Source: Octopus sinensis (taxonomy: Eukaryota). Taken from it: a DNA stretch of 64,000 nt. Positions 1 to 13,930 of this stretch are shown here, piece after piece (the stretch's first letter is position 1; every line of letters begins with the position of its first letter). The notes under the pieces are model-generated. The model made no database searches. It was not told the DNA's origin and saw only the letters and a list, made by a program, of their open reading frames with translations. The stretch spans positions 60,512,001-60,576,000 of the forward strand of contig NC_043003.1 in NCBI RefSeq assembly GCF_006345805.1, written 5' to 3'. The position numbers were made by a program, and so were the translations under genes.

Positions 1-93
1 AGTAGAAGACACGGGGATGCAAACATACCAGCATCGGTTGTCAAGCGATGTTGAGGGGGACAACACACACACTCTCACACACACACACACACT

Positions 94-137
<44 letters not shown>

Positions 138-329
138 ATATATATATTTATAATATATATATATATACGACGGGTTTCTTTTAGTTTCCGTCTACCAAAT
201 CCACGCGCAAGGCTTTGGTCGGTTCGAGGCTATAGTAGAAGACACTTGCCCAAGATTCCACGCAGTGGGACTGAACCCGGAACCCTGTAGTTGGTAAGCA
301 AACTACTTACCACACAGCCACACCTGCGC
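1..329 (-). mobile_element. tRNA-derived SINE family A (CORE-like head), truncated by the window start
   Basis: Reverse complement of the family A head (gcaggagtggctgtgtggtaag...ggttcagtcccactgcgtgg...ttgggcaagtgtcttctactatagcc) with internal (CA)n/(TA)n. Confidence 0.85.
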
Positions 330-1702
330 ATATGCATGTATATTTTTCTGTGTATTCATTTCTCCCCCATCTCCCCACTTCATATGAACTAATATTGGTT
401 ACCTTGTCTTCGCGTAACTTAGGTATTTGGCGAAAGAGAGCCGACAGTGTAAGAATTAGATTTTACAAATAAATATTAGGGTCGGTTTGGGTAACTAAAA
501 ACCTGTAATGCGTGTCCCAACATGGCCGCCGCCCAAGGGTTGAAACATGTCAAAGATAATGATAAAAATAGTTTTTCTTTCAGTTCAGATATTTCTTTTG
601 TTTCTTTTTTTTTTTTTTCATTTCCACCTTCTTTTCTATCTTAATATCGATGTATACAACTTTTCTAACATTTTAAAGCCCGTTTGAAGTGAACATTATG
701 TTGGCTCATGATATTAAAGAACTCTATTCTTTTAGGAAATGTGAGCTTAAACATGAGAAAACTGGCTAACATTTTATACTCCATGAATTCCATCTGGAGG
801 TGGAGGATTTGACCAATAGCTAGATTGCTACTCACGAGAATTGTATCCCAAATCAACTTGAAGAATACTTTGCTGCCGAAGTATTTGTACAATTTAAAAG
901 AGTTCCAAAAATGTTAATTATTCTGAGTGGAACTTCCCGCCGATTTCTGAACAGTTTAAATATTATTCTCCAGCTTCTATAGATCTTGTTTGCACTCTAT
1001 ATTTCTAATTGTAATTTTACAAGCCCTTGGTCGGTCGCATTTTACAAGTCGAATATAGGAAGGTCCGAACTTGAGGTGGAACAAAGAAGCAGAGAAACAC
1101 TCCTGGAATTACCCTAATTCCAGATATGTATAATTTGTTGCGGTAGCTTCTTATGGGGCTGAATTTATAAGCCAAAAGCCATGAAGACACACGCAAAGAT
1201 TTGTGCATTTGTAGGTATATAAAAATACAAGTATTTATACTTTCATATTTTGTAAATGTTGAAAAGATACTTTTTTCTTTCTTCTGCGGTGGTGAGGGTT
1301 TATTTATATCCCTTCTCTGTAAGCGAGGTAGCCAAGCAGTTACACGCGCAGAAAGTTGCACTCATAAGTATACCTTATGTCAGAAATTGTGTAACTATTT
1401 ATGTGTGTGTATGTGTACACACACACACACACGTGCGCGCGCGCGCACACACACGTATATATTGGTATACATCAATATCTATAAACCCATATAGATGCAT
1501 ACAGCATATTATGAAGTTTTGTGGTTAATTGTTTATTATGTTATTATTATGGGCGAATTGAATGTTTGCTGCACGTATTTCCATCATGAGAGATTTGCAG
1601 GATGAGTTGTATTGAGCAGTGTCGAAGACAAACAACAACAGCAAATAAAAGATGTTATTTAGCTTGCTGAAGGTAATAAACTAAAATCAGTAACTGAAGT
1701 AC

Positions 1703-4700
1703 TAGACCGAGAGTCAGTCCTGATTTAATTAAACTTCAAGCTCCAAAATACTGGCACGGCACAATATGTGTACACATGGTCCTAATACCATGAAACGTGA
1801 TTCTTAAGTATGCTTAGGTATGGATTAATTAATTATGAGATAATCAACTTGCGTAAATAACTAATTTAATTAGACTTTAAGCTCCAGTAATGAATCACAT
1901 TGAATATTACTCCTTAGACACAAATGATACTTAAATGAAAACTTAAGTAAAAAACGGGTATGGAAAGACAAATTAAGAAGTTTTAATTAGACACTTAATT
2001 AGGAATAAATCAGACTTTCTGCTCCAGCGTCAATTTCTTAGCAGAATTGTTCACTAAACCCAACTGAATTTATTCATATCACTTAAAACCCATTTTAGGT
2101 ATGGATTTCTAATTTAAGAAGCATTTTCTACTAATCACTATACACTAATTAAGAAGAAACATACAGAAACACTGTTTTCAAGCTACGTGATGAATGCAAC
2201 ATACAAACGTGTCTTAGACCCAGTTAACATGAAAAAAGAAATTAAGAAACATCCCAGGTATTGGAAGACAATAAGAAACCTTTTAATTAGATCGTTAATT
2301 AGGTCTTAATTAGAGTTTCTGCTCTGGTGTAAATTTCTTCTCATAAATATTTGGCTCGTCAAACTGAATATACACATAACATGTAAGAATCATTATAGGC
2401 ATGGATTCCTAATTTAAGAAGCATTTTCACTAATTAACATATCCTCCTCTATGGAAAAATACCTTCAACTGAAAAAACTGTTGATTTTTTCATTGCATGG
2501 CATCGGAATCCTTCCTTCATTACTGATGCTGACCTCTGTCAACACATAATGCAAGTCGCTTTCGTTCAATCAATTCCTTACTCATATACATTCGCATTCA
2601 GATCATCAGAATTCGAACACGCCTGATATTCGTCTTCCGCTAGTCAACACATTCAGTAAGGGGGCATCAAAAATAAATTATCATGGAAGACCATTTCTCA
2701 CCTGGCGATATGGGCAACCTTCATATTGCCCCGATCTCGTCACCTCTCAAACTGATCCCCACGTAACCCCACCTGATTCATCATTGAATATTGGCGGATT
2801 CCAGTCGGAAACTGTGGATGTACCCTCGGCCAGTCAGCCTCCCGTTGTAAATGATCGCTCATTACACTGTGTTATCCACAGCAGAAAGTCTAAAGAGAGT
2901 GCTGAAAGTGGACTGCTACTTCCGCTCTCAGAGCAGAAATGGTGATCTATCCAAAACGCCGCATCAAAACGCTCAAGTAAAAAATGATTCCGTGGATCCA
3001 TTTATTACGACATCATTCGAAAGCTACAAAAAACATTTTCTGATTTGCACGGATAACAGAGTGGTTGTTATAAAGATTTCACACTATCACAGATGATGTT
3101 CAGTCTTTAGAAACGACTCCTAGTCCATTACCAAGAAAACGCAAAATACCAACAGTGGTGCTCAAATCTTCTGCCGGCATTTACTCTCAGGTCTGCATAT
3201 TCTGCGATTTGAAGCGCGGGTCGAAAGGCCGGAGTGGAGAAGAGAGTCTGACTACTTGTCAAACTTTCGATGCACGAGAGTTAATTAAATGGGCAGCTAC
3301 GACAATAGCAGCAAAAAACAATGATGACACTGTGCTCCGAAAAATCGCTGGAATAGATATGATCGCTAAAGAAGTAATGTACCATCAAAGCTGTAAGAAT
3401 ATTTTCTCCAAGCGCGCGCGGGCATTGAAGGAAAAGGAAGACAAAACGAGTGAACCAAAAGGACAAGCGATGGAATTACTTTCTGACTACATAAGGGAAT
3501 ACGTACTGAATCAGAAACGACCGGAATTGTTGAAATCCCTTTACACGCGACATGTCGAATATTGCCAGGATGCCGGGGTTGATTCGTTTTCAACAGCTCA
3601 GTATTTGAGTAAATGGATCGTGCGAAAATTCGAAGAAAATATCAAAGTACAATCGCCCAAGAGTAAGAAATTAGGTGAGGTAGTCTATTCTGCTGCAGTC
3701 CAAGAGGACGCAGTAAGAACAGCGTTTGATTTCACTTCCTCCCCTGAGCATATCCTCAACCAGGCGGTGCTGTTGCTCCGGAAGGAATTGAAGAGTGTGA
3801 AAAAGCGAAACCTGAACTATCCACTGACCACAGAGGCTTTACTGAACTGAGAGGGAGACCCTACCGACTCGGTCAAGACTTTGTACGGGAATTTTTATGG
3901 TGGTTTTGGCAAGCAAACCCTCAGTACAATTCGTCGTCCTTTACCAAAACGAGGATGAAACAGATCGAGGACGGCGTGATGCGTCAGAACGTATAGTCCC
4001 GACTCCTTGGGAGAAACCACAAAAAAGGAGAAAGTTGGATACAGACGAGCCTGCACTTCTGCCCTACAGGAAGACACCAAGAGTGAAATCGTTTTGTTAC
4101 AGTAAGACAAACATGTGAAACAGATCCATTGCGACACTGCTGAAAGCTCGCAAGGCAGATTACGTGTTCATGATGAGCCACGCCTTGAAAATAGATGGAA
4201 CATCAATGTGGGGTGCATTCAATGCCAGGTATCACACGGACACAATTCCAAGACAGAAGATCTTCTACATACCTAACATCAGTCATTCCCCGACCAGAAA
4301 CTCCACGACTGACACAGAAGTGCGCTCTGGAATGCAACCAACAATAGCGAAACCTGCCATCAGAATCCAAGAAACCGAAAGTCCGACCTTTGACAACGTA
4401 TTCATAATGTTCAGCCAGTTTCGTCGTTGCGAACTTGTGGAAAGATGCCGGACAATTGTTGCTTGAATATCAAACACAGTACGGATGGGAACTGATCGAT
4501 AACGAATACACGATAATCTGGTTCCAAGGCGAGCAACTGCCTACCAGTCTGACAGAGGAGAGACCAGCATCATTGTGCATTGACGAGTTCAGTGATGACG
4601 AGGATGATACCATGTTGACCGTATCCTCTGATGACGAGCAGTCAGACTCCGGTACAGAATAGAATACACACTGCAGCCGTCTGGATAATGGGGCGTCATG

Positions 4701-5946
4701 TACCAACACCCCTACTCTTTGGTGTAGACGTATTGAGAGATTTAAAAATGTCATGGCGTATGTGTCGTTTAGAGGCAGTACGAGAATTTGAATATCTAGC
4801 GTTAAGTATTTACATATTTGTTTGATCATCATATAAAACTTTGTTAATTCCAACAATGCGAGTAAGGGGTTTCGATGCTCTCTATTATACTTTAAATTCA
4901 ATCATGCTTTGTAAGCCGTGTGTTTGCCAACAGGTCAAAGCTGCCATATGGTACGTAAACGTTTCAATTCGTCAGTTTGCATTTATGTGACATTTTTCTC
5001 CAAGGGGCAATTTGCCTTTTGTTGTAGTTTTAATCCATTTTTTTTTTGTTTGTAACAGTCAGTTTCCATTTTTGTGAAGTTTGTGACGGGACAAGTCACC
5101 TTTAAGAGAAAAATTACTTCTTTAAAAATTAATTTTATTCGAATGAACGAAAGCGGTATGCATTATGTGTTGACAGAAGAGAGCATCAGTAATGGAGAAA
5201 GGATTCCGATGCCATGCAATGGAAAATCAACATTTTTCAGTTAAAGGTGTTTTTTCCATATTCAATAGAGGAGGATATGTTAATTAGTCAAAATGCTTCT
5301 TAAATTAGGGATCCATACCTATCATTCTTACATACTATGATTATATTCAGTTTGACGAGCCGAATATTTTTGTGAAAGAATTTACACCGGAGCACAAAGT
5401 CTAATTAAGACCTAATTAACGATCTAATTAAAGATTTCTTATTGTCTTCCAATATCTGGGATGTTTCTTAATTTCTTCCTTCCATATCAACTGGGTCTAA
5501 GTCATGTTTCTATGTTGCATTCATCACCTAGCTTGAAAACAGTGTTTCTGTATGTTTCTTCTTAATTAGTGTATAGTGATTAGTAGAAAATGCTTCTTAA
5601 ATTAGAAATCCATACCTAAAGTGGTTCTTAAGTGATATGAATAGATTCAGTTGGGTTTAGTGAACAATTCTGCTAAGTAATTGACGCTGGAGCAGAAAGT
5701 CTAATGTATTCCTAATTAAATGTCTAATTAAAACGTCTTAATTTGTCTTCCCATACACGTTTTTTTTTCTTAAGTTTTCATTTAAGTATCACTTGTGTCT
5801 AAGGAGTAATATTCGATGTGATTCTTTACTGGAGCTTAAAATCTAATCAAATTAATCATTTACGTAAGACCATTTGTACACATATTGTTCCCTGCTAGTA
5901 TTTTGGAGCTTCAAGTCTAATTAAATCAGGACTGGCTCCTGCATTA
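1703..5946 (+). mobile_element. AcademX-like DNA transposon, internally deleted and non-autonomous
   Basis: Long TIRs (1703-~2572 and ~5138-5946) match as reverse complements, e.g. gagtcagtcctgatttaattaaacttcaagctccaaaatact versus agtattttggagcttcaagtctaattaaatcaggactggctc. The element starts TAG and ends TTA, with TAC on both sides (1700-1702, 5947-5949). The interior encodes Academ-type transposase remnants. Confidence 0.8.
2682..4662 (+). pseudogene. Disrupted AcademX-type transposase (N-terminal and C-terminal parts; central part deleted)
   Basis: Motifs across frames: HCVIH...W*SIQNAASKR...GCYKDFT; CIFC...DMIAKEVMYHQSC (ORF 3155-3850); VLYQNE; MWGAFN...IFYIPNISHSPT (4164-4466); YGWELIDNEYTIIWFQGEQLP plus acidic tail (4435-4662). 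Several stops and frameshifts. No HEEAD/DTDV XPG-like motifs seen. Confidence 0.7.
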
Positions 5947-6417
5947 TACCCCACATCGAGGTTTTATGTCCTGAATACTGGATATTATACCGATGGAGCT
6001 AACACATTACTAGCCGAGCGATTAGCACGTCTTTCAGCTTTTGAGATTTTGAGTTTAAATTCTGCTGCGGTCGACTTTGCTTTAATTCTTCTGTGGCGGG
6101 TGGGGGTGGGGTGTAGGATAAAACAAATACCAGCTAATCGCTGGGAGTAGGGAGTCTGCTAGCCTTTTGCTTTAGTCCAAGGATTTACAACCGTTTATGG
6201 ACCACTTTGGTTACTCTTTTAGCCTCGTGGACCCCCATAATCATTCGAATTTTAAAAAAAACTGTTTTATAGAAACCTCTTACAAAATTCCTATTTTGTT
6301 TTTCACGTATTAACTTGTGCGGGTTGAACTATATCAAATGTTACAGAAAGAAACCCTGCTGTTTCTTGAAATACATTCATGTAAAGTAAATCATTTTCAG
6401 AGGCCCTTAAAATATTA

Positions 6418-6621
6418 TTTTACTTGTTCCAGTCATTTGACTGCGGCCATGCTGGAGCACCGCCTTTAGTCGAGCAAATCGACCCCAGGACTTATTCTTT
6501 GTAAGCCTAGTACTTATTCTATCGGTCACTTTTGCCGAACAGCTAAGTTACGGGGACGTAAACACACCAGCATCGGTTGTCAAGCGATGTTGGTTGTATG
6601 CACACAGACACACAAACACAC

Positions 6622-6660
<39 letters not shown>

Positions 6661-6772
6661 TATTGTATTGTATCGGGCTTCTTTCAGTTTCCTTCTGCCA
6701 AATCCACTCACAAGGTTTTGGTCGGTTCGAGGCTATAGTAGAAGACACTTGTCCAAACCCGGAACCATTGTG
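6418..6772 (-). mobile_element. SINE family A, head-truncated
   Basis: Family A tail (cagtcatttgactgcggccatgctggagcaccgcc), internal microsatellite and partial head. Confidence 0.85.
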
Positions 6773-8447
6773 GGTCCCTGATTTACTGTTTCGTTGCGTG
6801 GACCTCCAAGCCTCATATATAGCCCCTGAAGGTCCATACAGACTCCAGTTGAGGACAACTGTTATAATCCAAATAATTATCACTATTACATCTATTTATC
6901 TGTTGATTATTTCTTTTGCTCAGCTTGCTTTTTACTGAGAACATATATGATACTTTATCTTGACACATTATGTTTCATAATAATTCACAAAAATAGTTGG
7001 GTTTATATGATAGACTTTCCATCATTTATGTAAGCTATGTAGTGAATTCATTTAAACTTAGCACTAATTACCATCTGCATTAAAATATGTATGATATATG
7101 ATTTATCTATTTCGAACCATCTACATATTCATTTTGGTAACACAAGGTAGTCAACTTACAATTTGGAAATTCTCATTAATCACGTTGTTCAACTGTTTGT
7201 TGACAATACAACGCAATAAAAACATTTGAGTATCGTATATCATAGGGTTATATCATATATCATAAAGTCACGTGTATATTTAAAGGAAATGTGACAATGT
7301 ATTAGCACAGGTTTCAAATATATGCATGCACTTCGCTGTTTATTAATATGTCTATCTTTATATGTTTCACTGCTGTGTAACTCTGTGTGACTCTACGTCA
7401 GTGCGTGAGTGCAAGGAAATTATTTTTCATAGATAATGAGGTTGCAATACATACATGCCCAAGTAAACAAGCATACGTACGCGCCCACACGCCCACACGC
7501 ACACATGTGCACACACGCACATACACAGAAAATACTCTCACACATATGCATATGAACGTGTGTATGTTTCTATGTATGTATATATATATATATGATTGTA
7601 TATTACATGATTAAGAGAAATTAACTACTCATAAATTCTTGCACACACACACACACAATAACACACACATACATGCATACATACAAACATACATATATAC
7701 ATCTAATATAATAAATGCGAAAACTAATTTCTGTGTGTCAGTGTGTCACACTTCCAACTCCTCTCTCACTATTCATTGATACTCCTACTATTGCCCATGT
7801 TGGGGGGAGAGTAATAGTAGGTATAGAGACGGTAGGAGACTGACGGTTATGATGGTAAGGGGTGATAATAATAGTATGAGCTGTATATTTGTGATAGAGG
7901 TGGAGACGACGGTGATGGTGGTGGTGGTGGTGGTGGTAGCTGAATCAGTCAGGGACAATGGTGATAGTAAGCGATCTGAAAGACAGTGGTGATGGTGGTG
8001 AAGTGGAAGGCGCGAAATCTAAGGTATTGATGGTGGTGGCGTCAAAAGTTTGAATGGTGTATGTATGGCAGTTGTGGTGGCGATGGTGGTGGTGGTCATT
8101 TTGATGGTGATGGTTGAAAACAATCAACAGAAAGAGAGAGAGAGGGGAAGAAAGAAAAAAGTTAGACAGCAAAAAAAACTGTACTGACCCTCGAATTGTA
8201 AGACAAAAACATGTTGTTTAGCATGCAGCTTTGCAAGGAGTTCCAAGTCGAAAGATTATATCACTGCTTTGATGAAAATTGTTCATTGCTTGAAAAATAT
8301 TGGTCAAGCTTAATAAAATTTAATATGTACTCAATGCATGAAATGTTATCGTTGGGCCTAAGGCCCAATAAAGAGCCCTCCACAGAAGCTAACTAAAATC
8401 CGACCTATCGGGCAGCTTTTCAGCTGGTACATGCATACATACATACG

Positions 8448-8532
8448 TACGTACGTACATACATACATACATACATACATACATACATACATACATACAT
8501 ACATACATACATACATACATACATACATACAT
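8448..8532. repeat. (CATA)n microsatellite
   Basis: Direct reading of the sequence. Confidence 0.95.
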
Positions 8533-9016
8533 ACTATGCGCGTATATGTGTATATAGTTTTATATGCGTATATATACATTCGCATGTTATAAATTTAGTA
8601 GATTTGCGTGCGTATATAGAAATGTACTCACACACAAACACACAAACATGCACGCACACACACATACACACAAACACATGAATATATACACATGTGGGGA
8701 GTGACAGTGTCTTTGTATGTGATGCATGTATGTATGTGTATGAACGTTGTATGTGTGTGTATATGTATATATGTGTGTGTGCATATATATATATGAGTGT
8801 GCGTATATATATATGAATATACGTATGTGTGTGCATGTACTTATGTTTGTTCGTATAGTTATGCATATGTGCAGGTATATATGATTGTATGTATACGTAT
8901 GTATATGAGCATGTATGCATGCTTGTATCTATATTTATGTATGTGTGATGTGTCTATATGTTGTTTATGTATGGAAATTGAGAGAGGAAGAGAAGAAACT
9001 CAGAGGTGGGTTAACA

Positions 9017-9065
9017 GATAGATAGATAGATAGATAGATAGACAGACAGATAGATAGATAGATAA

Positions 9066-9149
<84 letters not shown>

Positions 9150-9201
9150 GTAAATAGATAGATAAATAGATAGATGGATGAATGAATGGATGGATAGATA
9201 T
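9017..9201. repeat. (GATA)n microsatellite at the 3' flank of the Tx1 LINE
   Basis: Direct reading of the sequence. Confidence 0.95.
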
Positions 9202-11533
9202 GTTTCTTTATTAGCCACACAGGGCTGCACACAGATAGAACAAATTACAAGGTAGAGCTTTTCTTTTGAAGGTATTAAAAAAAAAAAAAAAAAAAAAAAA
9301 GGAAGGGGGAGGTTCGATCAAAAGGGATCGTAAAAGGAGAGAAAGAGGACAAAATAAGGGGGGGTTAAAAAAAAAAAAAAAAAAGGGGGGGGAGAGGAAA
9401 AAAAATGATCAATAGGGATCGTTATCACAGAAATGTCAATATGAAGTGTAAAGGGGAGGACAGGTGAGGTTTACCCGTGGAAAGAAAAGCCTGCGGAAAA
9501 GACCACGGTAACCTCGGTCAATGAAGTCACATTTTATATTTCTTTTTTTTTTTTTTTTTTTTTTTGCAAATAAGCAACTCTCTGTTTTCGATTTCTGGGT
9601 TCATAGGACTATGCTCAAGGTGGCTTCGTCATTCATACGTGCCATTCTTGCTACATTCACCCATCTTTTTTTAAAACATTCGCTAGACAAAACTTGCCTC
9701 TCTACTCTCACTTTCCTTTTCAAGTGGTACTTGAAGAAGTTGATGAGAGATTGACCAGAGAGGAAAGTGTTTGTCTCCAATCCTTTCAGACGCGTCCACC
9801 AGATACATTCTTTCGCCATAGCCACAAGGATGATGAAAATAGCTCTTCCTTCCCGTTTGAAGGAAGGAGGCGTGACAATTTTGACGATAGACTCAGCTGA
9901 TAACCCGACTCGTCCCACACGTGACAGCAGTTGTTCGACATAAGCCCACAGGTCGGAAATTGTTGGACACTGAACGAGTGCGTGCAGAACGGTTTCGTCG
10001 CTCTGACCGCATCTCGGGCAGGTCGGCCCCGTGTTTCTCGAGCCGTGTCTGTAGAGCTTATCCCGAACGGGTAGCGCTTCTCGGTAGCACTGCCAGGCCA
10101 GGGATCTCTGGAAGTTGTCCATGGGCCCTGGCCCGAAAGTCGTCCCGAACAGGCGGGTCAGGTGCTCCTCGTCGACGTCCAGGTTCGCCCCGAGCTCGTC
10201 GTCGTACCTCCCCTCCACTAAACCCCTATAGAATGCTTTGGTTGTGTTGAAGTCACTTAAGGTCGACCCAGGACGGCAGAGTTGCTTGAGAGCAACGCGA
10301 CACTCGCGGTGCCATTCGCCCTTCCTCGGCCTCTTTTTATCCACGACTGCAGTTCGGTCATGGAGACGAGCTGCGGGAAAGCGTGCCTCACAAACGGCGA
10401 CCACACCTGTTCACCGTCGTCTACATAGAGCCAGAGATGTCGCAGTCTCAGCGCGTGTCTGCGCATCATCAACCACGGCATGCCCAGCCCTCCTTTTAAC
10501 GGGTGTTGACAGCAAATGGATCGCCTGACCATCGGGACGCATCCTTTCCACAAGAAGCGAAAGAGGATGCGTTGTAGTTTGGTGATGGTAGGGTCGGGAC
10601 AAGGTACGACGGCAGGCGGTAGTAGATGACGGACGCGATGTACGTGTTCGCCACCTCCGCTCGACCTTTTAGGGACAGTTTCCTCTCGGCCCATTGCCGG
10701 GCGAGAGTGACCACCCTACTCGTTATCTCGTTCCAGTTCTTCTCCACTTGGAGGTCCGGACCAAACCAGACCCCGAGCAACTCAACCGGGCCGTCGGTCC
10801 AGCGTCCCACGACGGAGGCGCTGGTGGACGGCATGGGCTTGCTTCTCCAGGTGCCTAGTCGCAAGCCCACTGACTTTTCCCGGTTGATTTTCGCTCTGTC
10901 ACCGCTTCGTAGTTTTTCAGTGTCTCGCCGACCAGCTCGATGTGCTCGTGGCTAGACACTATGACGGTGACGTCGTCCGCGTATGCAGACACGCTCGTCC
11001 CGCATCCCAATTCTCGCGGGATGCCCCTTAGAGTCGCCAGCTTCCGCAGTAGTGGCTCAAGAGTCAATACGTATAGAAGCGCCGAGAGGGGGCATCCCTG
11101 ACGGACCGAACGTGCAATGTCGAAAGGTCTCGATAGATGTCCATTTACGCGAATTACCGAACGGATGCCTCTGTACAGGCAGCTATCCAGCCGCGGAAGA
11201 CGGGACCGAAACCAGCCGCTCTCAGGACTGCCTCCAAGTATCGATGGTCTACCTATCAAAGGCTTTTGATTGATCCAAGTTGATCAGGGCCCCACCCATG
11301 CCAGGTTCGTTAACTACCCTGTCTATGATGTAGCGCATCAGATGGAGGTTGTCATGGATGGTCCGGCCTGGCACGGCGCATGTTTGCGCCTTGTCGACCA
11401 GTTTCTCCATGACAAGCGCCAACCTCTTGGCTAGCACCTTGGCCAAAATTTTCAAGTCTGCATTAAGCAGAGTGATGGGCCTAAAGTTATCTATTACATT
11501 TCCCTTGTTTAGATCTTTCTTCAGCAGTGTTAC
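9202..11533 (-). mobile_element. Tx1-clade (L1 group) non-LTR retrotransposon, 5'-truncated, with frameshifted ORF2
   Basis: RT motifs on the minus strand: [22 protein letters not shown]...LDQSKAFDR (11249-11455) and VRQGCPLS...AYADDVTV (10855-11259). C-terminal cysteine-rich motif ALPVRDKL...CPRC...ETVLHALVQCP (9601-10404). T-rich 3' UTR ends AATAAAGAAAC. About four frameshifts; truncated in early RT. Confidence 0.9.
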
Positions 11534-11714
<181 letters not shown>

Positions 11715-12684
11715 CAGTACTCTATCTTAATAGATCTTGGTTCATATATTGTTTGGCTTTAATATACACAAAACCAATACACTGTTATTGTGATGTATTC
11801 ATAGGTTTGTTCGTTGGAAGGCTTCAAATAAAAGCTTTTTTGTCGTTGTTAGTCAGTCTTTTTTCTTTTGATATTTATTTGTCATACAATGACTAAAATT
11901 GGCGAATTTCATTCACGTAAAGAACTGTTGTTGTTTAATATTGTCTTTTTCATAAAGTAACAAAACTTCCGATGATAAAACTATGATGGGGAAACTTTAG
12001 AAGCCTCGGAAGATTATTCACATGGCCGTGGTGATGGTGACAGTGGTGATCGTCGTGATGGTCGTCGTCGTTGTCGACGATGAGTACCTGGTAATGCCTT
12101 TGATTTTGTCTTAATACTAATCGATTCCTGTTGAGTAGACGGATTACGATTACCAAAGGCATTCTACACCAGACCTTTGCGTAATTTCCTCTATCAAGTT
12201 TTACATTAAACAATGTGTCTTGTTTTGTGACACTACTGCGTGATTCAAGAGAGGGAGGGGGAAAGGGAGAGGGAGGGGAGAGGGGAGGAGATGGGGAGAG
12301 AGAGTATAGATAAGGAGAGGGGGAGAGAGATAAACAGACAGGCAGATAGACAGACAGAGACATTTTGTGGCTCGTTCGGGTAGTCCGAATAATCATATAG
12401 AGTTCTATAGTTCTTGGTAACCACTTTGCTTTACATTGAGCCACCACAGGATATTACCTCAGGTTTAACTGTATATTTTGTGCCTAATAACACTGTGAAA
12501 CAATTTTTTTCTTTCTTTATTTATTTATTTATTCATTTTTTTATGTCTTTATATTTGCCAGTAAGTATAATTTCTTATTTGCTTCTATCTAGAAATCAAA
12601 GGAAATGACTAATATTCTCTTCAAACTTTGCTTTTGTGACCTGGATAACAATGTTTTCAAACTGACTTATCTTCCATTACATTT

Positions 12685-12840
12685 CAGCCCTGAGTTGCTG
12701 ACGCAGAAATATCCTTATAGCAAATATTCTGATCAATACCACAGATTTGCTTGTCAATTGCTTGACCTTAACGACAATATGTGCATCTCTGATCATGAAC
12801 GAGAGAAATGTGGTGAGCATCATAGCCATATGCTGATAGG
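12685..12840. mobile_element. Decayed fragment of the foldback element arm seen at 50.4-51.4 kb
   Basis: gcaaatattctgatcaataccacagatttgcttgtca...gacaatatgtgcatctctgatca resembles 51017-51130. Confidence 0.7.
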
Positions 12841-13029
12841 GATTCTTTGCTGGTTTGAATATATGGAACAAAAGCAAAGTTTGAAGGAAATATTAACCAA
12901 TTTCTATACTTTGTAGGGGTAAGCGGGTAGGAGATAACAGTTGCTACCCAAGGACAAAAATCGTAATTGGTATATAGAAACTATGCTTACGTCCGCCTTA
13001 TACACACACACATACGCATGCACGCACGC

Positions 13030-13076
<47 letters not shown>

Positions 13077-13169
13077 AACAAACACAAACACATGTGTGTA
13101 TTTATATTTATATCACAGTTAATTGCATATTAAAAGATAAAGACACCCTATTGTCTATATTGCACCATG

Positions 13170-13345
13170 AAAGTTACCCTCCGAGGATAAGTCCAGGCAA
13201 GGTTGTTTACGGAAGACCAACAGTCGCGCACGCATACCAACCTCACCTCTCCTCGCCATCAATGTTAGCCAAGAGGCCGATGCAGCTTGGCATAAATACG
13301 TCGCAACTCATTTCTACAGCTGAGTGAACTAGAGCAGGTAAATAT
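13170..13345 (-). mobile_element. SINE fragment with CORE-like block
   Basis: ctcatttctacagctgagtgaactagagca is the reverse complement of a CORE-like block similar to that at 58840-58900. Confidence 0.5.
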
Positions 13346-13779
13346 CCAAGCGAGGTGTATACCTCAGGCTACTTTCCAGGCCGAGGATATCTTGATTAAA
13401 CGAAAAGTTACATTGGCGCAAAGAGGTACATGTTATTGCATGGAAGAGTTTCAGTAATGAATCTTATTATGAATCTTTCATACGTTAAGAGGTACCTCCT
13501 TGCAACAACGTAAGCTTTCATTTAATCAAGAGTAGCCTGCCTGCGATATACACTTCGCTTAGATATTTACCACTTCTGAGATTTCAGTCGCTATGAAACA
13601 TATGTGGCTCGGATCTTATCTACTATATATATACATTTATATATATACACACGCACATATGAATATACATAAATACTATATATATATGTATATAATCAAT
13701 CTATATATATATATATATTATATATAGAATATATAATATATTATATATATATTATATATATATATTATACATATATATA

Positions 13780-13930
13780 TCTTTATATAAAACTGAAATG
13801 CTTTTTACCGCTTGGTTCGCTTTCAATGCCACTACATCCCGTCCGATTCGCTCCAAAATTTACAGGGACATGTAGAATGAGGTGACGATGCGCGTGGGCT
13901 ACCTTACAAATCCCTATCTTAAAAGCTGTG
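13780..13930 (+). mobile_element. Possible 5' end of a second non-autonomous Helitron family
   Basis: A|TCTTTATATAAAA start resembles the Helitron 5' end at 14945. No 3' CTAG end found. Confidence 0.35.

Noticed and set aside
665-1010. Possible coding fragment on the minus strand
   Set aside because: No motif recognised in any frame, and frames are broken by stops.
8345-8450. Palindrome ttgggcctaaggcccaa plus aataaa before (CATA)n as a LINE 3' end
   Set aside because: No second copy or coding remnant in the window supports it.
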